A model generated the notes under the pieces. That model was not told where the DNA came from, did not search any database, and saw nothing but the letters and a program-made list of their open reading frames with translations. A DNA stretch of 64,000 nucleotides from Alphaproteobacteria bacterium (GTDB lineage: Bacteria; Pseudomonadota; Alphaproteobacteria; GCA-2731375). Positions 30,978-40,724 of this stretch are shown one piece after another (position 1 is the stretch's first letter; each line of letters starts with the position of its first letter). Both the position numbers and the translations under genes were made by a program. The stretch is from the NCBI GenBank assembly GCA_965225945.1, contig CBDDBZ010000034.1, positions 352,280 through 416,279 on the forward strand, read 5' to 3'.

Positions 30978-32791
30978 GCCGCCCGGCGATCATCGCGCTC
31001 ACCGCTAACGGCGCCACGTTGGCGCGCCGCATCGCGGACGCGCTGGGCGACGGCGAGATCCACGGCCTCGCGCGCCGCGTGGTTGCGGCCGACGTCGGCT
31101 TCGAGGACGTCGGCGATCATCTCCGCGCACTGTTCGGCGCCGGGCGGCCCATCGTCGGCCTCTGCGCCACCGGAATTCTGATCCGCGCGCTGGCGCGAGA
31201 GCTCAGTCACAAGCGGGCGGAACCACCGGTGCTGGCGGTGGCGGAGGACGGTTCCGCCGTCGTGCCGTTGCTGGGGGGTCATCGGGGCGCCAACGACCTG
31301 GCCCGGCGCATTGCAGACGAGCTCGGTGGGACCGCCGCGCTCACCACCGCGGGCGACGTTCGCCTCGATTTGGCGCTCGATTCACCGCCTCCCGGCTGGC
31401 GCGTCGCCGATCCGGACCCCGCGAAGGCGGTAACCGCAGCACTTCTCGCGGGCGAAGCCGTGGCACTCCATGTCGAGGCCGGGGAGGCGGATTGGCTGGT
31501 CCGGGGCGGCGCCGTGTTTTCGGGCGAGGGCGAGACGGCGGTACGCCTCACCGATCGAATTGTCCCGGCGCGGCCGGGCGAACTGCTGCTTCATCCGGCG
31601 ACCCTGGCGCTCGGCGTCGGAACCGAGCGGGGGGCGCCGCCCGAGGCGCTCCGCGAGCTGGTTCTCGAAGCGCTCGCGGCGGAGGGCTTCGCACTCCCCT
31701 CGATCGCCTGCGTCGTCTCGCTCGACCTCAAGGCGGGGGAACCGGCGGTGCTCGAGCTGGCCGCCGGGCTCGAAGTGCCGGCGCGCTTCTTTGACGCTGC
31801 CCGGCTGGAGCAAGAAACCCCACGCCTGGCGACGCCGTCCGAGACGGTATTCCGCGCCGTCGGCTGCCACGGCGTGGCCGAGGCCTCGGCGCTTGCCGCG
31901 GCGGGGCCGGAGGCTGGGCTGGTGATCGCCAAGCGCCGGGGGGCGCGGGTGACGATGGCGCTCGCCCGCGCGGCCCGGGTCATCGATCCCGCTTCGGTCG
32001 GCCGCGCGCGGGGCCGGCTCGCCGTGGTCGGGATCGGTCCGGGGGCGCCCGAATGGCGGACGGGCGAGGCCGCGCGGCACTTGAGGGAAGCCGACGACGT
32101 CGTCGGCTACGAGCGCTATCTCGATCTCGTCGCCGACCTCACCGGCGGCGCTCGACGGCACGGCTTCGCAATCGGCGAGGAGCGGGCGCGGGTCGCCCAT
32201 GCCCTCGATCTCGCGGCGGCGGGCCGCCGGGTCGCCCTGGTCTCCTCGGGCGATGCCGGGATCTACGCCATGGCGGCCCTGGTGTTCGAGCGGATCGACC
32301 AGGCTGGGCGCGGCGATTGGCGCCGCGTCGCGGTCGAGGTCGCGCCGGGGATCTCCGCCCTGCAGGCTGCTGCCGCCCGGATCGGCGCCCCCCTCGGCCA
32401 CGACTTCTGCGCCATTTCCCTCTCCGACCTGCTGACGCCCCGGGCGGTGATCCACGACCGGTTGGAGGCGGCGGGGCGCGCTGGCTTCGTCGTCGCCCTC
32501 TATAACCCCGCCTCCCGCGCGCGACGTCGGGGTCTGGAAGAGGCGCTGGCGATCCTCGCCCGCCATCGCCCGCCCGAGACCCCGGTGGTGGTGGCGCGCA
32601 ATCTCGGCCGGGTGGGCGAAACGGTGACGGCGGTGCCGCTCGATGCGCTCGATCCGGCCACCGTCGACATGATGACGCTGCTGATCGTCGGCAACCGCGA
32701 GACCCGGATGGTAAGGCAAGAGGACGGCCGGCACCGGGTCTACACGCCCCGGGGCTACGGCGCGGGGGCCGAGCGGGAGGCGACCTCGTGA
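30974..32791 (+). CDS. cobJ: CbiG/CobE + precorrin-3B C17-methyltransferase fusion
   Basis: N-terminal CbiG ([28 protein letters not shown]); C-terminal [28 protein letters not shown] and TPRGY. Confidence 0.92.
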   Translation: MSRPAIIALTANGATLARRIADALGDGEIHGLARRVVAADVGFEDVGDHLRALFGAGRPIVGLCATGILIRALARELSHKRAEPPVLAVAEDGSAVVPLLGGHRGANDLARRIADELGGTAALTTAGDVRLDLALDSPPPGWRVADPDPAKAVTAALLAGEAVALHVEAGEADWLVRGGAVFSGEGETAVRLTDRIVPARPGELLLHPATLALGVGTERGAPPEALRELVLEALAAEGFALPSIACVVSLDLKAGEPAVLELAAGLEVPARFFDAARLEQETPRLATPSETVFRAVGCHGVAEASALAAAGPEAGLVIAKRRGARVTMALARAARVIDPASVGRARGRLAVVGIGPGAPEWRTGEAARHLREADDVVGYERYLDLVADLTGGARRHGFAIGEERARVAHALDLAAAGRRVALVSSGDAGIYAMAALVFERIDQAGRGDWRRVAVEVAPGISALQAAAARIGAPLGHDFCAISLSDLLTPRAVIHDRLEAAGRAGFVVALYNPASRARRRGLEEALAILARHRPPETPVVVARNLGRVGETVTAVPLDALDPATVDMMTLLIVGNRETRMVRQEDGRHRVYTPRGYGAGAEREATS

Positions 32792-33558
32792 CCGTGCATT
32801 TCATCGGCGCTGGGCCGGGGGCGGCAGACCTGATCACCGTCCGGGGCCGCGATCTAATCGCAGCAGCGCCGGTGGTGCTTTATGCCGGTTCCCTGGTGGC
32901 GCCGGCAATGCTGCAATGGGCGGCGGCGGACGCCCGCGTCCTCGACACGGCGCCGATGACATTGGATGACATCATCGCCGAGATGGCCGAGGCGCATGGC
33001 CGGGGCGAGGAGGTCGCCCGGCTGCATTCGGGCGACCCCTCGCTCTATGGCGCGATCCAGGAACAGATGCGCCGGCTCGACGCGCTTTTCATTCCCTATG
33101 ACGTGACGCCGGGCGTGCCGGCCTTCGCCGCCGCCGCCGCGACGCTGCGCCGCGAGCTGACGCTGCCCGGCATCGCGCAGTCCGTGGTGCTGACGCGCAC
33201 CGCGATGAAGGCCTCGGCGATGCCGCCCGGCGAGGCGCTGGCCGCCTTCGCCGCCACCGGCGCGACGCTCGCCATCCACCTCTCGGTGCGCAATCTGGCC
33301 CATGTCTGCCGCGAGCTCACGCCCCACTACGGCGCCGATTGCCCGGCCGCCGTGGTCTACCGGGCGAGCTGGCCGGACGAGCAGGTGATCCGGGGCACGC
33401 TGGCCGATATTCGCAGCTCCGTGCGCGCGGCCAAGATCACCCGGACGGCGCTGATCCTGGTCGGGCCGGTGCTGGCCGAGGAGGGCTTCGACGACAGCCG
33501 CCTCTACGCCGCCGACCATCGCCACCTGCTCAGGCCCGGCAAGCGGGCGCGGGAATAG
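32788..33558 (+). CDS. cobM: Precorrin-4 C11-methyltransferase
   Basis: [35 protein letters not shown] and SRLY. Confidence 0.95.
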   Translation: MTVHFIGAGPGAADLITVRGRDLIAAAPVVLYAGSLVAPAMLQWAAADARVLDTAPMTLDDIIAEMAEAHGRGEEVARLHSGDPSLYGAIQEQMRRLDALFIPYDVTPGVPAFAAAAATLRRELTLPGIAQSVVLTRTAMKASAMPPGEALAAFAATGATLAIHLSVRNLAHVCRELTPHYGADCPAAVVYRASWPDEQVIRGTLADIRSSVRAAKITRTALILVGPVLAEEGFDDSRLYAADHRHLLRPGKRARE

Positions 33559-33563
33559 CGCGG

Positions 33564-34316
33564 CTACGCCTTGATCCAGGCGAGCGCCTCGGCGAGCTCG
33601 GTGGTTTCCGGCGCGGCCGGGAGCGGCGGACGCGCGATCATCACCACGGGGAGGGAGAGTTCGCGCGCGGCGTCGAGCTTGGCCCGCGCGCCCGCGCCGC
33701 CGGCGTTCTTGGCCACCACGACATCGACCCGCAGGCGACGGAACAATTCCACCTCCCGCGCCGGATCGAACGGCCCCCGCTCGAGCAGCAGGCGGTGGTT
33801 CAACAGCGGCAGCTCGGTGCTGGGCGGCTCGATCAAGCGGACGAGGAACTGGACCTCGCGGCGGATCGAGAAGGGGGAGAGATCGCGCCGGCCGATGGCC
33901 AGGAAGACCCGCTTTGCGCCCGCCGGCAGCGCGGCCGCGGCTTCGCTCGCGTCGGCCACCAGGGTCCAGCGATCGCCCTCGACTGCGGCCCAGGGCGGGC
34001 GGGAGAACCGCAGCAGGGGCACGCGGGCGGCGCGGGCGGCCTCGACCGCATGGCGCGAGATTTGCGCGGCGAAGGGGTGCGTCGCGTCGACCAGCCGCTC
34101 GAAACCGCCCTCGATCAGATGGCGGGCGAGCCCCTCGGCGCCGCCGAAGCCGCCGCGCCGTGTCGGAATCGCGAGCGGCGCCGGCGCGCGCGTCACGCCG
34201 GCGAGCGAGACGATGGCCGCCACCTCGGGATCGTCGGCGAGCACGCGGGCCAGCGCCGCCGCCTCCCCGGTGCCGCCCAGCACGAGAACCCGTGTCGGTT
34301 CAGGCGAAGCCGGCAT
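33564..34316 (-). CDS. cobK: Precorrin-6A/cobalt-precorrin-6A reductase
   Basis: LVLGGTGEA, GGFGG, VDATHPFA, RGPF and KNAGG. Confidence 0.92.
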   Translation of the reverse strand: MPASPEPTRVLVLGGTGEAAALARVLADDPEVAAIVSLAGVTRAPAPLAIPTRRGGFGGAEGLARHLIEGGFERLVDATHPFAAQISRHAVEAARAARVPLLRFSRPPWAAVEGDRWTLVADASEAAAALPAGAKRVFLAIGRRDLSPFSIRREVQFLVRLIEPPSTELPLLNHRLLLERGPFDPAREVELFRRLRVDVVVAKNAGGAGARAKLDAARELSLPVVMIARPPLPAAPETTELAEALAWIKA

Positions 34317-35400
34317 GGCCGATCTCGTGTCCCTGGCGGTCATAGACCAGAACCTCGACCTCGGTGCCGCCGGCCAGCGTCGCCAGCGCCGTCCGCCGGG
34401 CTTGCCTGGCCACCGCGTCGGCGAGCGGGATGCCCGCCGCCAGCGCGATCTCGAGGGCGGCCCCGGCGCTGATCGCCACCTCGATTTCCGCCGCCGTCGG
34501 CGCGTCGCCGTCGTGGCGCCGCGCCAGGCGGGCGAGGAAGGCGGTGTCGACGGCCGAATGGTCCGAATGCAGGTCCAGGTGCCCTGCGGCGAGCTTGCCG
34601 AGCTTGGCGAAGCCGCCGGCGATAGAGAGCTTCGCCACCGGATGGTCGCGGAGATACTTCAACAGCCCCCCGGCGAAATCGCCCATGTCGATTAGCCCCT
34701 GTTCCGACAAGCCATGGCGGGCACGGACCGCCTCCTCCGAGGTTCGTCCCGTGGCCGCGCCGATGTGATCGAGGCCGAGCGCCCGGGCGACGTCGATCCC
34801 GCGGTGGATCGAGTGGATCCAGGAGGCGCAGGAATAGGGGATGACGATCCCCGTGGTGCCGAGGATCGAGAGCCCGCCGACGATGCCGAGCCGCCCGTTC
34901 GTGGTCTCGCGGGCCAAATCCTCGCCGCCGGGAATCGAGATCGTGACCTCGACCCCACCCGCGCTTCTGCCCTCGGCCAGGTGCGCGCGGGCCACCTCGC
35001 GAATTGCCCGCTCGATCATCTTTCGCGGCACCGGGTTGATCGCCGGCTCCCCCGGGGCCAGGGGAAGGCCGGCGAGCGTCACCGTGCCGACGCCCTCGCC
35101 GGCGCGAAACACCACGCCTTCCCTACGGCCGAGACGGCGGACCCGCGCCTTCACCGTGGCGCCGTGGGTGACGTCGGGATCGTCGCCCGCATCCTTGACG
35201 ATTCCCGCCTCCGCCCAACCCTCGCCCCGTGCCTCGGTGGCGAGCGCGAAGGCCACCTTCGCCCCCCGGGGCAGCGTGATTTCGACGGGATCGGGAAACT
35301 CACCCGTGAGCAGCGCGGCAAAGGCCGCCTTCGCCGCCGCCGTCGCACAGGCGCCGGTCGTCCAGCCGCGCCGCAAACTCTGTCGTTCCACGCCTCGCAT
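34300..35400 (-). CDS. cbiD: Cobalt-precorrin-5B C1-methyltransferase
   Basis: LRRGWTTGACATAA, KDAGDDPDVTHG, AINPVPR and GGLSILGTTG. Confidence 0.95.
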   Translation of the reverse strand: MRGVERQSLRRGWTTGACATAAAKAAFAALLTGEFPDPVEITLPRGAKVAFALATEARGEGWAEAGIVKDAGDDPDVTHGATVKARVRRLGRREGVVFRAGEGVGTVTLAGLPLAPGEPAINPVPRKMIERAIREVARAHLAEGRSAGGVEVTISIPGGEDLARETTNGRLGIVGGLSILGTTGIVIPYSCASWIHSIHRGIDVARALGLDHIGAATGRTSEEAVRARHGLSEQGLIDMGDFAGGLLKYLRDHPVAKLSIAGGFAKLGKLAAGHLDLHSDHSAVDTAFLARLARRHDGDAPTAAEIEVAISAGAALEIALAAGIPLADAVARQARRTALATLAGGTEVEVLVYDRQGHEIGHAGFA

Positions 35401-35471
35401 GGCGGATAGTGTAGCGATCGGGGTCGTCGGATGACTAGCTTCCACGCGACCGGCTGCCGCATAATGGCGCC

Positions 35472-36296
35472 ATGATCGAGGGGCTATCGACATCCGCGCT
35501 GCCGTCGCTCGAGCCGGGCTGGGTCTGGCTCGCCGGCGCCGGGCCGGGCGATCCGGGCCTGCTGACGGTATTGGCGCTGAAGGGCCTGCAAGAGGCCGAC
35601 GTCGTGGTGCACGACGCGCTGGTCGACGAGCGGGTGCTGGCGCTGGCCCGAGGCGGGACGAGCTTGGAGTTCGCCGGCAAGCGCGGCGGCCGGCCCTCGG
35701 CCAAGCAACGCGACATCACCTGCCGGCTGATCGAACTCGCCACCGCCGGGCGGCGGGTCTTGCGGCTCAAGGGGGGCGATCCCTTCGTCTTCGGCCGGGG
35801 CTGCGAGGAGGCGCTGGCGTTGCGGCGCGCCGGCGTGCCGTTCCGCGTCGTGCCCGGGGTGACGGCGGCGATCGGCGGCCTCGCCTATGCCGGCATTCCG
35901 CTGACCCACCGCGACGCCAATTCGGCCGTCACCCTGGTGACCGGACACGCCAGCTCCGGCGAGGTGCCGGACGGGCTCGATTGGGCGGCGATCGCCAGGG
36001 GCTCGCCGGTGATCGTGCTCTACATGGCGATCAAGCATCTGGAGCGGATCTCGAACCGGCTGATCGCCGGCGGCCGGGCGGCCGACGAGCCGGTCGCGGT
36101 AATCTCCGAGGCCGCGACGCCGCGCCAGCGGCTCCTGCGGGCGACGCTCGCCACCGTGGCGGCGGAGGTGGAGGCCGGCGGGATGCGCCCGCCGGCCCTG
36201 GTGGCGATCGGCCCGATCGTGGAGCTGGAAGGCGCGCTCGGCTGGCTCGGGGTCGCCGACGGCGGGGCGGGCCTGGATCGCCGCCGTGCCGGCTGA
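35472..36296 (+). CDS. cobA: Uroporphyrinogen-III C-methyltransferase (SUMT)
   Basis: GAGPGDPGLLT, RLKGGDPFVFGRG, PLTHR and VTGH. Confidence 0.95.
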   Translation: MIEGLSTSALPSLEPGWVWLAGAGPGDPGLLTVLALKGLQEADVVVHDALVDERVLALARGGTSLEFAGKRGGRPSAKQRDITCRLIELATAGRRVLRLKGGDPFVFGRGCEEALALRRAGVPFRVVPGVTAAIGGLAYAGIPLTHRDANSAVTLVTGHASSGEVPDGLDWAAIARGSPVIVLYMAIKHLERISNRLIAGGRAADEPVAVISEAATPRQRLLRATLATVAAEVEAGGMRPPALVAIGPIVELEGALGWLGVADGGAGLDRRRAG

Positions 36297-37659
36297 AAGC
36301 GCTGATGGCGCGCCCGGACTGATCGTCGCCGCGCCCGCCTCCGGCGCCGGCAAGACGCTCCTCACCCTGGGGTTGCTGGCGCATATGCGCGCGAATGGCC
36401 CGCATGCGCGCGGCTTCAAGGTCGGTCCGGACTATATCGATCCCGGCTTTCACGCCCGGGCGAGCGGGCATCCCTGCCCCAACCTCGATCCCTGGGCGAT
36501 GCGGCGCGAGAGCATTAGGCACGCCTATGCCCGGCTCTCCAAGGGCGCCGAAATCATCCTCGGCGAAGGCGTGATGGGCCTCTACGACGGGGCCCGGGAC
36601 GGAACCGGCAGCACCGCCGATCTGGCGGCGTTGCTGGGCTTGCCGGTGCTGCTGGTGCTCGACGTCCGCGGCCAGGCGGCCTCGGCGGCGGCCACCGCCC
36701 TCGGCTTCCAGCGCTATCGCGACGAGGTGACATTCGCCGGCGTGGTCTGCAACCGGGTCGGCGGCGCCGGCCACGAGGCGATGCTGCGCCGCGCGCTCGA
36801 CGAGGCCGCCATTCCCTGTTTCGGTTGCCTCCCGCGCGACGACGGGCTCGAATTGCCGTCGCGCCATCTGGGCTTGGTGCAAGCCGACGAGCGAGAGGAT
36901 CTGGATCGCTTCCTGGCGCGGGCGGCGGCCTGGGTCGGCGACCGTCTGGACGTCGAGGCCATCGTCCGGGCAGCACGCGGGCCAGGCGGCATCGCGGCGT
37001 CGGAACCCTCGCCGCCGCTACCGCCGCTCGGGCAACGCATCGCCGTCGCCCGAGACGCCGCCTTCGCCTTCGCCTACGACGCGGTGCTGGCGGGTTGGCG
37101 TCGCGGCGGCGCCGAGATCCTGCCGTTCTCGCCCTTGGGCGACGAGGCCCCGGCGGGCGACGCCGACGCGGTCTATCTCCCGGGCGGCTATCCGGAGCTA
37201 TACGCGGACCGCCTGGCCGCCGCCGGGTCGTTTCTGGATGGGCTGGCCGCCGCAGCCGGCCGGGGGGCCGCGATCTATGGCGAGTGCGGCGGCTTCATGG
37301 TGCTCGGCCGAGGGCTGGTGGACGCCAAGGGCCGACGGCACCGGATGGCGGGCCTACTGCCGGTGGAGACCAGTTTCGCCGCGCCCGAGCTTCATCTGGG
37401 TTATCGCCGGATCGCGCTGCTGGAAGACGGTCCGCTCGGGTCCCGGGGGACCGCCTATCGGGGGCACGAATTCCACTACGCCCGTCTCGTGGGAAACGAC
37501 GGCGGCGCGGCGCTGTTTCGCGCCGCCGATGCCGAAGGGTGGGGAGAAGTCGATGTGGGATGCCGCGTCGGGCGGGTTATGGGCAGCTATCTCCACCTCA
37601 TCGATTCCGCGAGCGCGCCAGACGTCGCGCCGCGCGCTCGGCCATCCGCGCTTCCCTGA
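36286..37659 (+). CDS. cobB: Cobyrinate/hydrogenobyrinate a,c-diamide synthase
   Basis: SGAGKT, KVGPDYID, EGVMGLYDG, PSRHLGL, GGYPE, ECGGFM and HEFHY. Confidence 0.95.
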   Translation: MPAESADGAPGLIVAAPASGAGKTLLTLGLLAHMRANGPHARGFKVGPDYIDPGFHARASGHPCPNLDPWAMRRESIRHAYARLSKGAEIILGEGVMGLYDGARDGTGSTADLAALLGLPVLLVLDVRGQAASAAATALGFQRYRDEVTFAGVVCNRVGGAGHEAMLRRALDEAAIPCFGCLPRDDGLELPSRHLGLVQADEREDLDRFLARAAAWVGDRLDVEAIVRAARGPGGIAASEPSPPLPPLGQRIAVARDAAFAFAYDAVLAGWRRGGAEILPFSPLGDEAPAGDADAVYLPGGYPELYADRLAAAGSFLDGLAAAAGRGAAIYGECGGFMVLGRGLVDAKGRRHRMAGLLPVETSFAAPELHLGYRRIALLEDGPLGSRGTAYRGHEFHYARLVGNDGGAALFRAADAEGWGEVDVGCRVGRVMGSYLHLIDSASAPDVAPRARPSALP

Positions 37660-37870
37660 CGGCGCGGCGCTCGGCCTCGATCTGGTCGGCGCCCAAAAGC
37701 TCGCGGCGCTCGGCCACCCGCTCCAGGATGCGGCGACGTTCGTCCCTCGACACCGCCATCCAGCCCCCGATCTCCGCCGCGCCGCGATAGCAACCGCGAC
37801 AGTATCCGGTCTCCGGGTTCATCGAGCAGATGCCGATACAGGGCGAGATCGGTTCGCGAAGCGTGTTCAT
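37598..37870 (-). CDS. DUF1289-type small Cys-rich protein
   Basis: SPCIGICSMNPETGYCRGCYR...EIGGW pattern. Confidence 0.8.
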   Translation of the reverse strand: MNTLREPISPCIGICSMNPETGYCRGCYRGAAEIGGWMAVSRDERRRILERVAERRELLGADQIEAERRAVREARMAERAARRLARSRNR

Positions 37871-37882
37871 GGCGCCCGGACC

Positions 37883-38152
37883 CTAGTGGATAGAATCCAA
37901 CATATGGTACCCCTACGACGGTTTCCCGAGTTCTTCCGGAAAGGCGCCCGGTGCGCCGTGATGGGGGCGCATCACAAGCGCCGGGCAACGCGTCCGGCGG
38001 GCTCGGGAAGCCGCCCTTCGGGTCCCATATCCTGGCTTCTCGGGGCGTCGGGCACCCTTGACGATGTGCCGGCATCGCCGGCGGGCGCCCTCCTGGCGAG
38101 AAACCAGGATATGGGATCGTAGGGGTACCATATGTTGGATTCTATCCACTAG
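37883..38152. mobile_element. MITE-like palindromic element with CTAG ends and 36-bp perfect terminal inverted repeats
   Basis: CTAGTGGATAGAATCCAACATATGGTACCCCTACGA at 37883-37918 and its exact reverse complement at 38117-38152; internal hairpins. Confidence 0.85.
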
Positions 38153-38339
38153 AGCACGATCCGACCATATGGAAGCGTTTGATGGCGGCAAATCGGCCTC
38201 TGGGGCAGGCGCGCCGCGCCGCGCGATGCGGGCCATCGGGCAAGCGGCCGGGCCCACCCCAGAGGCCGATTTGGCCCACCGAAGGCCGGGTTCTTTTGGG
38301 CCGTGGCGGCGAAAAGGGCATTCATGAGGCATTCATTTT

Positions 38340-39368
38340 CCTGATTACGCACTTCACTCAGCCGGGTTGATGTAGTATAAATCGTGAACAAATGGCGGTT
38401 TTTCTGGAGGTTCACAATGCCACGCAACAAGGTTCAGTTCCAGAAGGGGCTCAGCGAGCCGCGTTTTCGTGAGTTGTACGGTACCGAGGAGCAGTGTCGC
38501 GAGGCCCTTTTCCGCTGGCGCTGGCCGGAGGGGTTCGCCTGCCCCGATGTGGCGCCACGCGCCATTGCGAGATCGCCGGGCGAAAACTCTACCAATGCGC
38601 CGCCTGCCGTCATCAAGTCTCGCTGACCGCCGGCACGCTCTTCCACGCGACCAAGCTGGCGCTGACCCTGTGGTTCTCGGCGATCTATCACATGACCCAA
38701 TCGAAGAAAGGGATCTCCTCCCTCGAACTCGGCCGGCGGCTCGGCGTCACCCAGACCACGGCCTGGAAGATCAAGCAGAAACTGATGCAGTCCATGCTCG
38801 AGCGCGATGCCAAATTGCCGCTCACCGGGCGGGTGGAGATGGACGATGCCTACCTCGGCGGCCGCCGTTCCGGGGCCAAGCGCGGCCGGGGCGCGCCGGG
38901 CAAGACGCCGTTCGTCGCCGCCGTCCAGACCACGGCGGAGGGCCAGCCCGTGCGCATCAAGCTGCGCCGCGTCAAGGGCTTCCGCAAGAGAGAGATCGCC
39001 AAGATGGCCAAGCGCGACCTGAGCCCTGGGGCGACCGTTTTCAGCGACGGGCTCAACTGCTTCACCGCCGTCACCACGCGGGGCTGTGCGCATCATCCGA
39101 TATCCACCGGCTCCGGACCCGGGGCCGTCGCCGGGCCCGCCTTCAAATGGGTCAACACCACCCTCGGCAACCTCAAAAACACCCTGCGCGGTACCTACCA
39201 TGCGATCCGACCCAAGCATGTGCCGCGCTACCTGGCGGCGTTCCAGTACCGATACAACCGCCGCTACCGGCTCGCCGACATGATCGAAGCCCTCGGCCGC
39301 GATGCCCTGCGCACGCCGCCCATGCCATATCGGCTCCTGAAGTTGGCTGAGGTTAGTGCGTAATCAGG
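38340..39368 (+). mobile_element. IS1595 family insertion sequence
   Basis: Ends CCTGATTACGCAC / GTGCGTAATCAGG; 8-bp target duplication TTCATTTT at 38332-38339 and 39369-39376. Confidence 0.92.
38417..39363 (+). pseudogene. IS1595 transposase with a frameshift near 38545
   Basis: [13 protein letters not shown]...WPEGFACP continues in another frame as RCGAT...CAACRHQ...EMDDAYLGG...FSDG...WVNTTLGNLK...YRYNRR; one base missing in a C run. Confidence 0.85.
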
Positions 39369-39489
39369 TTCATTTTTGCCCGAAAATGAATGTTTTTCCG
39401 CCCAAATGAATGCTTTCGCTTCGCTCGCGACCTAAATGACGTCCCGCGCGGTGGGTTTCTCGCGGCGCCGGGAGGGCCGGCAGCGCGAT

Positions 39490-39762
39490 GGCGTCTTCGA
39501 GGCGGTGAGGGCCGAGATCGAGGGCGTCGCCGCCAGCGAGGGCCGCCCCCGCCTGCCGGTCGCCGAGCGGGGCCAGGACGGGCACGAGCGGGGGCCCGAG
39601 GGGATCGCCTTCGCCGACATCGGCTTCGACGTCGATGTCGGCGCTTTGTTCCAGACCCCGGGCAAGCTCGCGGCCGAGGCTATCGAGGCCGACGTGCACG
39701 TCGTCGGCGTCTCGAGCCAGGCGGCGGGCCACGAGACCTTGGGGCCGGAGCTGATCGAGGCG
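39490..39762 (+). pseudogene. Degenerate fragment of the methylmalonyl-CoA mutase B12-binding domain
   Basis: [19 protein letters not shown]...[17 protein letters not shown]...[15 protein letters not shown] matches the DxHxxG B12-binding domain; no catalytic barrel; small deletions. Confidence 0.8.
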
Positions 39763-39864
39763 CGCCGCGATGCGGGCCATCGGGCAAGCGGCGCAACGCA
39801 CCCCAGAGGCCGATTTGGGCCACCGAAGGCGTAGTCAAACGTTTCCATATGGTCGGATCGTGCT

Positions 39865-40617
39865 CTAGGTGGCGAGCGTCGCCAAGGCGAGCAGAAACGC
39901 AGCCTCGCTGACCTGCTGCGCGGCACCTAGTACATCGCCCGTCCGCCCGCCGAGGCGGCTCCGGGCCAACCGGTGGACGGCGCCGACGGCAATCGCCATG
40001 GCCACGAGGCCGGCGAGCACGAACTCCCAGGAAAGCGCCAAGAGCGCCAGCGCCACGGCAATCGCGAGGCTGAGCCCGGTGGCCCCCGCCGTGGGCCGGC
40101 CGGCGTGGTGGGCGAGACCGTCGCTCCGCGCCGCCGGCAGGGCGTGCATGAGGGGGACCATGGCGGCGCGGCCGAGGACCGCGGCGACGACCAGGGCCAC
40201 GGCGCGTGCCTCGGCGCCGGACAGCTCGGCGAGCGTCACCAGCCGGAGCGCGAAGACGATCAGAAGCGCGAGGACGCCGAAGGCGCCGATGCGGGAATCC
40301 CGCATGATCTCGAGCCGCCGCGCCCGGTCCGGTCCGCCGATGCCGTCGGCGAAATCGGCGAGCCCGTCCTCGTGCAGAGCGCGGGTGAACCAGGTCGCGA
40401 ACGCGAGGGCGAGGACGATCGCCGCGAGCGGCGGCGTGCCCACGACCTCGAGCAGCAGGAGCAGCGTCGCCGCCAGCCCGCCGACCAGAAGGCCCGCGAG
40501 CGGAAAGGCCCAAACCGCCGCCGCGAGCCGTTCGCCCGGCAGCTCGAGAGCGTGCGAGACCGGTAGCCGGGTGAGGAAGCCGAGCGCGCGGCGGGCCTCG
40601 GTGATCGCCTCAGGCAT
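39865..40617 (-). CDS. cobS: Adenosylcobinamide-GDP ribazoletransferase (cobalamin synthase, CobS/CobV)
   Basis: FLTRLP, ALHEDGLADFADG, IMRDSRIGAFG and GGRTGDVLGA; TAG stop coincides with the MITE CTAG. Confidence 0.93.
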   Translation of the reverse strand: MPEAITEARRALGFLTRLPVSHALELPGERLAAAVWAFPLAGLLVGGLAATLLLLLEVVGTPPLAAIVLALAFATWFTRALHEDGLADFADGIGGPDRARRLEIMRDSRIGAFGVLALLIVFALRLVTLAELSGAEARAVALVVAAVLGRAAMVPLMHALPAARSDGLAHHAGRPTAGATGLSLAIAVALALLALSWEFVLAGLVAMAIAVGAVHRLARSRLGGRTGDVLGAAQQVSEAAFLLALATLAT

Positions 40618-40724
40618 GCCGCCCCGCCCGTCCTCGGTGCCTGGGAAATTCATTGCAGCCGGCTCGCCCCCTGGAGCATAACTCGGGCCCGAAAATAACC
40701 CGAACCAAGAACAGAAGAAACCAC

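Larger units (their letters stand above)
38149..39868. mobile_element. Second CTAG-ended MITE family: two partial copies bracketing IS1595 and a mutase fragment
   Basis: 34-bp inverted repeats CTAGAGCACGATCCGACCATATGGAA(G/A)CGTTTGA at 38149-38182 and 39835-39868 (one mismatch); ~70-bp internal segment present twice (~38216-38286 and ~39762-39830). Confidence 0.7.

Noticed and set aside
28192-32791. 695-, 513- and 890-aa ORFs as giant cob fusions
   Set aside because: Their N-terminal extensions overlap upstream genes in other frames; the real starts are 29074, 30276 and 30974.
38540-38550. Programmed frameshift in the IS1595 transposase (and similarly in IS256 near 62620)
   Set aside because: These are single-base changes in C/G runs with no slippery motif, in families not known to need frameshifting; mutation or sequencing error is more likely.
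39436-39834. Functional stand-alone B12-binding protein
   Set aside because: Conserved motifs carry deletions and substitutions, the 3' end runs into MITE sequence, and there is no convincing start.
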